DNA of 64,000 nucleotides from positions 31,026-95,025 of the forward strand of contig JAWSUI010000005.1 of assembly GCA_033551855.1 (NCBI GenBank), given 5' to 3'. This stretch comes from Deferrisomatales bacterium (GTDB lineage Bacteria; Desulfobacterota; Deferrisomatia; Deferrisomatales; JACRMM01). Shown here in pieces: positions 9,002-17,587 of the stretch; positions within the stretch are counted from its first letter, which is position 1, and each line of letters opens with the position of its first letter. A program made the position numbers and the translations under genes. The notes under the pieces were generated by a model. It did not search any database, was not told the DNA's origin, and saw only the letters and a program-made list of their open reading frames with translations.

Positions 9002-9869
9002 AGAGCTGCTGCACCGCCAGCCCGCCCACGATGAGGGCGAGGCCGGCGAAGGTGGAGGGGAGGATCGCCTCTCCCACAAACGTCCGGATGAAGACGAGCG
9101 AGAGGAAGGGGGAGAGGAAGACCAGGTTCCCCACCCGCGAGGCGTTCTCCGCCAGCCGCAGCGCCCGCAGCCAGAGAACGAAGGCGATCCCCATCTCGAA
9201 GGTGCCCACATAGGCCGCCCCCAGAAGACCTCCGGCGTCGGGAAGGCGCACCTCCGAGAAAAGGGCGCACCCGAGCCACACGAAGGGGAGCCCGAAGAGG
9301 AAGTTGAGGAAGAGCGCCGCCACGGGGTCCCGGTCGTCCCGGGTGTTGGCGATCCAGTAGAGGGACCAGAGGACGGTGCTTCCCAGGGCCAGGGAGACCC
9401 CCAACGGGTCGGAGAAGTGCAGGCCCAGGGGATCCCCCCGCGTGGCAATGACCACGACCCCCGCATAGCCCAGGAGCCCCCCGGCCACGTCCCCTCGCCG
9501 CAGCCGCTGCCCCAGGAGCGGGACCGAGAGCAACGCCAGGGTGATGGCCCAGGTGTAGTTGAGGGCCTGGGCCTCCTGGGCCGGCAGCCGGTCGTATGCC
9601 CCGAAGAGCACGAGGTAGTAGAGGAGCGGGTTCAGGAGCCCCAGAACGGCCGAGCGCAGGTACTGGCCCCGGGTGTAGGTCAGCAGCACCCCCAGGCGCC
9701 CCTGGGCCGCCAGGATGACCGCGAGGACCAGGGTGGAGACGGCGCTCGCGTACAGGAGGAGCTGGAGCGGATCCAGGCGGCGGAGCGAGAGCTTGAACGC
9801 GCTGGCCACGGTGGACCAGAGGAGCACCGTGGCCAGCGCGTAGAGGGTGGCCCGGGTCCGGCGCGTCAC
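8955..9869 (-). CDS. DMT-superfamily (EamA-like) transporter
   Basis: Part of ORF 8955..10427. GTG start at 9869 overlaps the upstream stop (GTGA). About ten hydrophobic segments, e.g. LYALATVLLWSTVASAFK... and MGIAFVLWLRAL. Confidence 0.85.
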   Translation of the reverse strand: MTRRTRATLYALATVLLWSTVASAFKLSLRRLDPLQLLLYASAVSTLVLAVILAAQGRLGVLLTYTRGQYLRSAVLGLLNPLLYYLVLFGAYDRLPAQEAQALNYTWAITLALLSVPLLGQRLRRGDVAGGLLGYAGVVVIATRGDPLGLHFSDPLGVSLALGSTVLWSLYWIANTRDDRDPVAALFLNFLFGLPFVWLGCALFSEVRLPDAGGLLGAAYVGTFEMGIAFVLWLRALRLAENASRVGNLVFLSPFLSLVFIRTFVGEAILPSTFAGLALIVGGLAVQQLFTSPPSAPRSSPPCA

Positions 9870-10324
9870 CCCCTTTGGGCCCTCCGGATCGCCTGGATCA
9901 CCTCGTCGAGCCGGGAGAGGTAGCGGGACCGGTCCGCCTTGCCCATGGGCGGAGGCCCCCCGGACGCCATCCCCATCTGGCGGAGCTGGTCCATGAGGGC
10001 CCGGCTCGCCAAGGCGTCGCCGATGGTCTCCTCGGTGAAATCCTGGCCCCGGGGGCTCAGCACCCGCGCCCCCTTCTCCAGGCACCGGGCCGCCAGGGGG
10101 ATGTCGGCGGTGACGGCGATGTCGTCCTCTCCCACCCGCTCGGCGATCCAATCGTCGGCCGCGTCGAAGCGCCCCCCCGCCGCGATCGCGTGGATCCGCG
10201 GGTCGCTCGGCACCCCCAGGGCGCGGCTCGCCACCACGTACACCGTGAGCCCGTAGCGCTGGGCGACCCGGTAGGTCTCGTCCTTCACGGGGCACCCGTC
10301 GGCATCCAGGTAGATTTCGGGCAT
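9866..10324 (-). CDS. YaiI/YqxD-family protein (DUF188)
   Basis: 152 aa; MPEIYLDADGCPVKDETYRVA... is typical of UPF0178. Confidence 0.85.
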   Translation of the reverse strand: MPEIYLDADGCPVKDETYRVAQRYGLTVYVVASRALGVPSDPRIHAIAAGGRFDAADDWIAERVGEDDIAVTADIPLAARCLEKGARVLSPRGQDFTEETIGDALASRALMDQLRQMGMASGGPPPMGKADRSRYLSRLDEVIQAIRRAQRG

Positions 10325-10367
10325 CGTGTCTCCTCTTTGGGGACGTCACGGGTGGGTTCGCGAGGTT

Positions 10368-10453
10368 CCTCCCCCCGCCGGGGGGAGGCAGGAGGGGGGC
10401 GCCCTGTCCGGCCCCCGGGTCCCCCACCCCGACCCTCCCCCTGTGGGGGAGGG
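10368..10453. repeat. Two G/C hairpins of the same family: CCTCCCCCC-gcc-GGGGGGAGG at 10368-10388 and CCCTCCCCC-tgt-GGGGGAGGG at 10433-10453
   Basis: Read directly in the yaiI/RND spacer. Confidence 0.7.
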
Positions 10454-10492
10454 AGGGAGAGAGCCCATCCTGTCATCCGCCCAAGTCCCCCC

Positions 10493-13400
10493 TCACGACG
10501 CCGCCATTTCCTTGCGCAGGCCCAGGGCGTCGAGCTCCTCGTCCAGACCCTCCCAGCCGAGCTTGCGGAAGACCCACCGCCGGATGCCCGCATAGCTCAG
10601 GTACAGGGTGGGCACCACCCCGAGGGTCAGCACCGTGGAGAGCGCCAGGCCGAAGATGATGGCCACGGCCATGGACTGCCACCACTGGGACGACTCGGTG
10701 TTGTACTGGTAGGTGAAATTCCAGAAGTCGATGTTGAGCTTGAGCGCCATGGGGAGCAGGCCGAGGATGGTCGTGATCGCGGTGAGGAGCACCGGGCGCA
10801 AGCGGATCATGCCGGCCGTGACCACGGCCTCCCGGGCGCTCTTGCCCTGGGCCTGGAGCTGGCGGATGGCGTCGAGGAGCACGATGGCGTTGTTCACCAC
10901 GACCCCGGCCAGCGAGATGACGCCGATGCCGCTCATGATGATCCCGAAGGGCATGCGAAAGACCAGGAGCCCCGTGAAGACCCCGATGAGCGACAAGATC
11001 ACCGAGCACAGGATGATGCCGGGCACGAGGAGCGAGTTGAATTGGATCACGAGCACCATGGCGATGAGGAAGAGGGCGATGAGGAAGGCCTGCTGGAGGA
11101 ACTCCGTGGACTCCTGCTCCTCCTCGGCCGCCCCCCCGAACCGATAGGTCATGCCCGGGGGAAAGGCGTAGGCCCGCACCTTCTCCTGGAAGGCGGCACG
11201 CACGTCGGCGTCGGCTCGCACCCAGGGCTGCACCTCGGCCCCCGCGTTGAGCACCCGGCCGCGGTCCAGGTGGCGGATGGTCACGGGGCCGGGGACGAGC
11301 TCTGCCCAAGCCACCGAGGCGATGGGGACGGCCCCCCCCAGCTCCGTGGGGATCGTGACGTTCTCCAGCCTCCGCGTGTCGAGCCGGTACCTCTCCGGCA
11401 GGCGCACCAGGATGTCCTGTTCGTCGTCTCCGTGCCCCAGGGTGCCGGTCCTGAGCCCGCCCACCGCCATCTGCAGGGCGGCACCCACGGCGGCCTGGTG
11501 GAGGCCCACCATCCCCGCCCGGTCCCAGTCGACGGTCCACCGAAGGGTCGGCTGGGCCGTTGCGGCGTCGTCGGTGGGCTTGGCTACCCCTTCGGTCTGC
11601 TCCATGAGGGCCTTCATGTCCCGGATGACCTCGGTCATCCGGTTCAGGTCATGCCCAAAGACGTCGATGGACACGGCCTTCCCGGTGGGAGGGCCCTCCT
11701 GGGGCCTGACCACGTCGAACTCCGCGCCGTAGAGGGGATGGGTGACCGTCCGGCCGTCCCGGTCCAGCCCCTCCACCCGGTTGCGGATCTCCGCCAGGGT
11801 CAGGTTCGTGCTCTCGGTGCGGTACTCCCGATCCACGAACTCGATGCGCGTCTTGATCGGGCCCAGGCCCTCCTCCCCGAAGCCCCCCTGGCCCTCCTCG
11901 AGCCCCACGGACACGGTGGCGTGCTTCAGGTTCGCTACCGGCCGGTCGTACCCGCTCCCCGGACGGCCGAAGAGCCGGTCCTCGAGAGTGCGGCTCAGCC
12001 GGTCCGACTCCTCGAGTGAGACCCCGTCGGGGGACTTGATGCTGCCGACGACGAAGTTGGGCTCCAGGGTCGGGAAGAACTCCGTTCCCCTCCCAAAGAC
12101 GCCGTACAGGGTGAAGACCAGGGCCAGCACGGCGAAGGCCGTCGAGAGGGTCCAGCCGGGTCGGTCCAGCAGGAACTCCAGCGCCCTGCCGTACCACACC
12201 GCCAAGGGGTAGGTGGGGCGCCGCGACTCCGGGTCGATGGCTGCCTCGGCCCCTGCGGGACGCTTCAGGAAGAGGGCCGCCAGGGTCGGGTTGATGACCA
12301 GAGCGACGAAGAGGGAGCTGGTGAGGACGATGATCACCGTCTTGGGAAGGAACCCCATGAACTCGCCCATGATCCCGGGCCAGAAGAGCAACGGCGAAAA
12401 AGCCCCCACGGTGGTGGCGGTGGAGGCGATGACCGGCCAGGCCACCTCGGAGGTGCCGTCGAGGGCCGCCCGCGCGCGGCTCGCCCCCATGCACAGGTGC
12501 CGGTAGATGTTCTCCACGATGACGATCGCGTTGTCCACCAGCATCCCCAGCGCGAGGATCAGGGAATAGAGGACGATCATGTTCAGCGTGAGGCCGAGCA
12601 CCTGGAGCGTGAGCACCGACAGGAGCATGGAGAAGGGGATGGCCCAGGCCACGAGCACCGCGGTGCGGGCGCCCAGGCCCACGAAGATCACCAGGAGCAC
12701 CAGCAGGAGCGCCGTGCCGATGCCGTTTTCCAGGTCGGAGAGCATCATCCGGACGTCCTTGGACATGTCGAGCCCGGTGACTACCTGCACGTCCGCGGGC
12801 AGCGGGTAGTGGGTGAGCACCTCCCGCACCGCCTCGGCCATGTCGAGGATGTTCTCCCCGCTCTTCTTCATGATCTCGATGCTGACCGAGTGGCGGGGCT
12901 CCACGTGCTCGTCCCGGGGCCTCTCCCCGTCCGGTCCGGTGAAGTCGTAGAAGCGCGCGCGGGAGGTCTCGTCCTCGAAGCTCTGGCGCACCATGGCCAC
13001 GTCGCGCAGGTGGATCGACGTTCCCCCCGGGCTCCGGCCGACGACCAGGCGGAAGATTTCCGCCGGCGTTCGGAACTCCCCGGGCAGGCGCATCACGATG
13101 CGGCTCGTGGTCGCTTCGGCCACCCCCGCCGAGACGTTGCGGTTGGTCCCGGTGAGCACCCCCTGCACCTGGGCCAGGGTCAGGCGGTAGTGACGGAGCC
13201 GCTCCGGGTCGATCTCCACCAGGACCTGCCGCTCGCGCCCGCCCCGGATCTTCACGTCGAGCACCCCGGGAATCCGCGTGAGCTCGTTCTCGATCTCCTC
13301 CGCGAGGTCCTTGAGCTCGGAGCGCGCCACGTGGCCCGGGGCCACCAGGTTGAGCACCAGCACCGGCACGTCGCCGGCCAGGGAGAACTCCTTCACGATG

Positions 13401-13777
13401 GGCTCGTCCGCCTCGGACGGAAGGTCCGCCTTGGCCTTGTCCACCGCGTCGCGCACCCGGCCCAGGGCGATCTCGATGTTGACCCCCAGCTCGAACTCCA
13501 GGGTGACGGTGGACACCCCCTCGGCGCTGACGCTGCGCATCTCCTTGAGCGCCTCGACGCCGTCGAGCTCGGTCTCCAGGGGGATGGTGAGCGCGAGCTC
13601 CACGTCCTCGGGGTTGGCGCCCTCGAGGAGGGTGGTGACGATGACCACCGGGATCTCCACGTCGGGGAAGTTCTCCCGGGGCATGCTCCGGTAGGAGAGG
13701 GAGCCGAAGAGCGTGATCCCCAAACACAGGACGAGGACCGCCATGAAGTGGCGGATGGCGAAGCGGGTGAGGGTCAC
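10493..13777 (-). CDS. RND efflux transporter permease (AcrB/HAE-like)
   Basis: 1094 aa; MTLTRFAIRHFMAVLVLCLGITLFGSLSYRSMPRENFPDVEIPVV..., 12-TM RND architecture. Confidence 0.95.
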   Translation of the reverse strand: MTLTRFAIRHFMAVLVLCLGITLFGSLSYRSMPRENFPDVEIPVVIVTTLLEGANPEDVELALTIPLETELDGVEALKEMRSVSAEGVSTVTLEFELGVNIEIALGRVRDAVDKAKADLPSEADEPIVKEFSLAGDVPVLVLNLVAPGHVARSELKDLAEEIENELTRIPGVLDVKIRGGRERQVLVEIDPERLRHYRLTLAQVQGVLTGTNRNVSAGVAEATTSRIVMRLPGEFRTPAEIFRLVVGRSPGGTSIHLRDVAMVRQSFEDETSRARFYDFTGPDGERPRDEHVEPRHSVSIEIMKKSGENILDMAEAVREVLTHYPLPADVQVVTGLDMSKDVRMMLSDLENGIGTALLLVLLVIFVGLGARTAVLVAWAIPFSMLLSVLTLQVLGLTLNMIVLYSLILALGMLVDNAIVIVENIYRHLCMGASRARAALDGTSEVAWPVIASTATTVGAFSPLLFWPGIMGEFMGFLPKTVIIVLTSSLFVALVINPTLAALFLKRPAGAEAAIDPESRRPTYPLAVWYGRALEFLLDRPGWTLSTAFAVLALVFTLYGVFGRGTEFFPTLEPNFVVGSIKSPDGVSLEESDRLSRTLEDRLFGRPGSGYDRPVANLKHATVSVGLEEGQGGFGEEGLGPIKTRIEFVDREYRTESTNLTLAEIRNRVEGLDRDGRTVTHPLYGAEFDVVRPQEGPPTGKAVSIDVFGHDLNRMTEVIRDMKALMEQTEGVAKPTDDAATAQPTLRWTVDWDRAGMVGLHQAAVGAALQMAVGGLRTGTLGHGDDEQDILVRLPERYRLDTRRLENVTIPTELGGAVPIASVAWAELVPGPVTIRHLDRGRVLNAGAEVQPWVRADADVRAAFQEKVRAYAFPPGMTYRFGGAAEEEQESTEFLQQAFLIALFLIAMVLVIQFNSLLVPGIILCSVILSLIGVFTGLLVFRMPFGIIMSGIGVISLAGVVVNNAIVLLDAIRQLQAQGKSAREAVVTAGMIRLRPVLLTAITTILGLLPMALKLNIDFWNFTYQYNTESSQWWQSMAVAIIFGLALSTVLTLGVVPTLYLSYAGIRRWVFRKLGWEGLDEELDALGLRKEMAAS

Positions 13778-15303
13778 GGGGTCGCGCCCCCTGTCGCGGC
13801 CGGGCCGCCCCCTCCCTCCCCGGCACCCCCGGTGAAGACGCCGTCCTCCAGCACCACGTTCACCTCGGTGCCCGAGACGAGCCCCTTCCAGCCCGAGACG
13901 ACGAGGCTCTCTCCCCCGGCGAGCCCCTCGAGCACCTGGACCCGGTCCTCCTGGATGGACCCGGGCACGATGTCGCGCGCGTCGGCGTACGCCCTCCCCT
14001 CGTCACGCCGCAGCACGAAGACCCGGGGGCCGGCGTCGGTGACCTGCACGGCCCCCAGGGGGACCACCACGGCGTCGGGAAAGGCGAGGTAGTCGATCTC
14101 CGCCCGGACGATCATGCCGTGGCGCAGCGCCCGCCCGGGGTTCGGCACACGGAGCTCCACGGCAAACGTGTTGCTCTCGGCGTCCGAAGCCTGGGCGATC
14201 CGGACGAGCTCCGCCGGCACCTCGAAGCCCCTCCCTTCCCCCCCGGTGAGCTGGGGGAGCCCCGGCACCACCACCCGGGCGCGCACCTCCCGGAGCGCTC
14301 CCGGCCGGGTGCGGCGCACGAACTCCTCGGCCGCCGGGTTCCAGGTGTCGAGGAAGGACACGAACCGGTCCGGCACGTGGACCACGGCCCGCAGGCGGTC
14401 GAGGTCGTAGAGGAGGGCCAGGGGCCTCGCCGACTCCACCGTCTCCCCCGGCTCGGCCAAATGCTTCTCGAGCATCCCCGGGATCGGCGCCAGGAGCCGG
14501 GTCTTGGACCGCTGCACTTCGAGGCTCGCCACGGCCGCGTCGAGCTCCTCCACCCCCGACCGGGCCAGCGCGAGCCGTGCCTCCGCCTCGGCCAGCCCCA
14601 CCTGGGCCGCCCGGATCCCGAGCCGTGCCGCCGCCAGGGCCTCGCGCGCCTGCTCCGCCCCCACCTCGGCCTGGGTCAGAGCGTTGCGAGCCACGTCGAG
14701 GCGGGCTCGGTCGAGCACCTGTTGGGCCACCAGGCTCTCCGCCCGGGCGTGCTCGGTGCGGACGAGCTCCAGGTTCGCCAGCGCCCCCCGCAGGGCGAGC
14801 TCGCGCACCTCCGCCTCCTTCCCCGCGTGCTCCACCGCGACACTGGCGGCTTCCAGGCCCACCCGGGCGTGCTCCACGGTGCTCTCCGCCGACGCCCGGC
14901 GCGCCCGAAGCTCGGCCAGCGCCGCATCGAGGGCTTCCGTGTCGAGCTCGGCCACCAGCTGCCCCGCGGCCGCCTCCCCTCCCTCGGGGACGTGCCAGCG
15001 GGCAAGCCGGCCGGCGAACTCCGGGCTGACGGCGGCGACCCGGTCGGCTTCCAGACGGGCCGCGAGGATCAGGGCCTCCCGGTACAGGGCAGGCACCACC
15101 GTGCGGACCTCGACGTTGGCGAGCCGCCTCGCCACGTGCGGCGGGGCCGGGGTCTCCCGGGTGACTCCGTACACAACGACGCCGACCGTCAGGACGGCGA
15201 TCGCCAGGGTCACAACCCACGGGCGGAGCCTGCGGAAGCGATCCGCAGCGGGCGACGACGCCGGAGGCGCCGGCTCGATGGGGGGCGAAGGGTCTTGGGT
15301 CAT
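13774..15303 (-). CDS. RND/HlyD-family periplasmic adaptor (membrane fusion protein)
   Basis: ORF 13774..15483 trimmed to the Met at 15303 (MTQDPSPP...). N-terminal TM, very long Ala/Glu/Arg coiled-coil, beta-barrel C-terminus. Its stop overlaps the RND start. Confidence 0.85.
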   Translation of the reverse strand: MTQDPSPPIEPAPPASSPAADRFRRLRPWVVTLAIAVLTVGVVVYGVTRETPAPPHVARRLANVEVRTVVPALYREALILAARLEADRVAAVSPEFAGRLARWHVPEGGEAAAGQLVAELDTEALDAALAELRARRASAESTVEHARVGLEAASVAVEHAGKEAEVRELALRGALANLELVRTEHARAESLVAQQVLDRARLDVARNALTQAEVGAEQAREALAAARLGIRAAQVGLAEAEARLALARSGVEELDAAVASLEVQRSKTRLLAPIPGMLEKHLAEPGETVESARPLALLYDLDRLRAVVHVPDRFVSFLDTWNPAAEEFVRRTRPGALREVRARVVVPGLPQLTGGEGRGFEVPAELVRIAQASDAESNTFAVELRVPNPGRALRHGMIVRAEIDYLAFPDAVVVPLGAVQVTDAGPRVFVLRRDEGRAYADARDIVPGSIQEDRVQVLEGLAGGESLVVSGWKGLVSGTEVNVVLEDGVFTGGAGEGGGGPAATGGATP

Positions 15304-15444
15304 GGCGAGCCTGGGGGGGGCGGAGCGGGACGGCCCCGGGGCCGGACCCCGGGACCCGTGAAGAAGAACACAAGGGTGCAGCCTACCCCAGGGGTAGAGA
15401 CCCCCGCAAGGTCGGCCCCGCGAACAGGAACGAACATCTCTCGC

Positions 15445-15510
15445 TATCGGGATCGAGGTCGGGATCGCCATCGGAATCGGCATCTCGATTTCGATGGCGA
15501 TCCCGATGCG
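15445..15510. repeat. Hexamer-periodic GATC-rich element containing a 15-bp inverted repeat
   Basis: tatcgg gatcga ggtcgg gatcgc catcgg aatcgg catctc gatttc gatggc gatccc gatgcg. Stem 15459-15473 / 15492-15506. A related element lies at 38521-38580. Confidence 0.65.
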
Positions 15511-15519
15511 GGGAGGGGC

Positions 15520-17403
15520 CTACGCCTCTCCGCTCTGCACCGCCCAGAGCCCCGAGTACACGCCCTTGGCGGCGAGGAGCGCGTCGTGGGTGCCCCGCTC
15601 CACCACGACCCCGTCCACCAAGACCAGGATCTCGTCGCTGTGCCGGACGGTGGAGAGGCGATGGGCCACCGCCAGGGTCATCCGCCCCTCCCGGAACTGG
15701 TGGAGGTTTCGCTGGATCACCTCCTCGGTTCGGGTGTCCACCGCCGACGTCGCCTCGTCGAGCACCAGGATCGGGGGATCCCGGAGCACCGCCCGGGCCA
15801 GGGAGATCCTCTGGCGCTGCCCGCCGGAGAGCTTCACGCCCCGCTCCCCCACCCGGGTCTCGTACCCTTCGGGCAGGAGGTGGATGAACTCATCCGCCCC
15901 GGCGATCCTCGCCGCCTCCCGCAGGTCGGCGTCGGACGCAGCGGGAGAGCCCAGGCGAATGTTCTCGGCCACGGTCCCCGAGAAGAGGAACGCCTCCTGC
16001 GAGACGTACCCCACGTGTCGGCGCAGGCTCTCGAGCGTGACTCCGCCGAGGGGCCGTCCGTCCACCGCGATCTCGCCCTCCTGGGGCTCGTAGTAGCGCA
16101 GGAGCAGCTTGACCAGGGTGCTCTTCCCGGCGCCGGTGGGGCCCACCACCCCCAGGACCTTCCCCCTCTTTAGCAGGAAGTCTACCCCGTTGAGCACCGG
16201 GGGCCTGCCGGGGTAGGCGAACCGCACGCCGCGGAACTCCAGGGACCGCGGGGGAGCGCCGAGGGCCTGGGCGTCCGGCCGGTCCGCGATCTTTGGGGTC
16301 GTCCCCAGGAGCTCGGCGATGCGCCGGGCCGAGGCCTCCGAACGCTGGAACTGGTTGATGAGCATGCCGAAGACGAACAGCGGCAGCACCAGCCGCATGG
16401 CAAAGAGGACGAAGGTGGTGTAGTCGCCCACGGTGGGCCCGTGCCCGGCGAAGGTGAGCCACCCCCCGGCGCCGATGAGGGACGCAAAGGCGCACCCCGC
16501 GATGGCGTAGATGACCGGGATGAACTTGGCCCGCTCCCGCGCCGCCTGCATCGCGGCGTCCCGGTACTCGGCGGACCGCTCCACGACCCGGGCGGCCTGC
16601 TGGGCCTCGGCCGTGTAGGCCTGGATCACGCCCATGCCCTGCAGGTTCGTCTCGAGGATGCTGTTGATGGCTCCCACCGCCTGCCGGGAGCGGCGGTACT
16701 GGGGCTGGACGCGCGTGGCGAAGAAACGCACCGCCACCACGGCGAAAGGCAGCGGGGCGAAGAGCAGCAGGGCGAGGCGCCAGTCCAGCCAGAGGAGGAA
16801 CCCGTAGGTGCCGAGGAAGGTCACCGCGATGCGAACGACGCTGGTGGTGGCGTCGGAGAAGAAGTTCTCCAGGTTGTCCACGTCGTTGGACAGCACCGCC
16901 ATGACGTCGCCGGTCTGGCGCTCCTCGAAGAAGGAGAGCTCCAACCGCTGGAGGTGCTCGTAGAGGCGCACCCGAAGGTCGTGGCGCACCTTCTGGGCAA
17001 GGGTGTCCCACGCGTAGTCGCTGGAGCTCTGGAACAGGGCGAGCCCGGCGAAGGTGCCGAGCACGGTCAGGCCGTAGAGCGCAAAGGTTCCCGACCCGCC
17101 CTCCCCTCGCACCGCGGCGTCCACGACCCGGCCGACCACCACCATGGGCAGCAGGTCGAAGAACCGCGCCAGCACGTTGGTGGCCAGGCCGACGGCGACC
17201 CGCCGGCGATAAGGGCGGACGAAGGGGAGCAGCCCCCAGAGGTGGCGTCCCAAGACCGGTGCGGGGGAGGGCTTGCCGACAGTCACGGGGGCCTCGCCCC
17301 CCCGACCCGAGAAGGACGGGTGGCGGGACCCGGCGGGCCCAGAGGGGGCACCTCGTCCCACCGGGGACCCGGTTGCCTCGGACGCAGAAGGCTCTTCTCT
17401 CAC
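15520..17403 (-). CDS. ABC exporter, fused permease/ATPase (MsbA/multidrug type)
   Basis: 627 aa. Six-TM domain, Walker A GPTGAGKST, signature LSGGQRQR, Walker B ILVLDEATS. GTG start is uncertain because of an Arg/Gly-rich N-terminal 60 aa. Confidence 0.9.
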   Translation of the reverse strand: MREEPSASEATGSPVGRGAPSGPAGSRHPSFSGRGGEAPVTVGKPSPAPVLGRHLWGLLPFVRPYRRRVAVGLATNVLARFFDLLPMVVVGRVVDAAVRGEGGSGTFALYGLTVLGTFAGLALFQSSSDYAWDTLAQKVRHDLRVRLYEHLQRLELSFFEERQTGDVMAVLSNDVDNLENFFSDATTSVVRIAVTFLGTYGFLLWLDWRLALLLFAPLPFAVVAVRFFATRVQPQYRRSRQAVGAINSILETNLQGMGVIQAYTAEAQQAARVVERSAEYRDAAMQAARERAKFIPVIYAIAGCAFASLIGAGGWLTFAGHGPTVGDYTTFVLFAMRLVLPLFVFGMLINQFQRSEASARRIAELLGTTPKIADRPDAQALGAPPRSLEFRGVRFAYPGRPPVLNGVDFLLKRGKVLGVVGPTGAGKSTLVKLLLRYYEPQEGEIAVDGRPLGGVTLESLRRHVGYVSQEAFLFSGTVAENIRLGSPAASDADLREAARIAGADEFIHLLPEGYETRVGERGVKLSGGQRQRISLARAVLRDPPILVLDEATSAVDTRTEEVIQRNLHQFREGRMTLAVAHRLSTVRHSDEILVLVDGVVVERGTHDALLAAKGVYSGLWAVQSGEA

Positions 17404-17537
17404 CGACTTTTCACCTCGAGCTCATCGCCGTTTCATCTGGACGGTGTATGCTTCCGCTCGTACCGCGAGGCGGAACCCGGGGAGCGTGGCACTCCCCGGA
17501 TCCGACGAGCGGCACGCTTCCTCCTCCCCTCCTCCTG

Positions 17538-17574
17538 GGAAACGGGGCCGCCGATGCGGCCCCGTTTCCTTTTT
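17538..17574 (+). terminator. Orphan plus-strand Rho-independent terminator
   Basis: GGAAACGGGGCCGC-cgat-GCGGCCCCGTTTCC (14-bp perfect stem) followed by TTTTT. No plus-strand gene lies upstream. Confidence 0.6.
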
Positions 17575-17587
17575 AGGTTCTTCCGGT

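Noticed and set aside
9875-14092. Plus-strand ORFs 9875..12019 (714 aa) and 12497..14092 (531 aa)
   Set aside because: They are antisense to the YaiI, RND and adaptor genes and have His/Asp/Gly/Arg/Pro-biased composition, so they are shadow ORFs.
15445-15510. GATC clusters as Dam/MutH or SeqA-type methylation-dependent sites linked to the nearby mutL
   Set aside because: This MutL carries the endonuclease motif DQHAAHERVLYE and CPHGRP, which indicates MutH-independent repair. No dam, mutH or seqA is in the window. The GATC content follows from the repeat unit itself.
17404-17460. A confident promoter for the candidate sRNA
   Set aside because: Only a lone TATGCT hexamer was found, with no acceptable -35 or TGn extension. 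The sRNA therefore stays a hypothesis based on the terminator and the CU tract.
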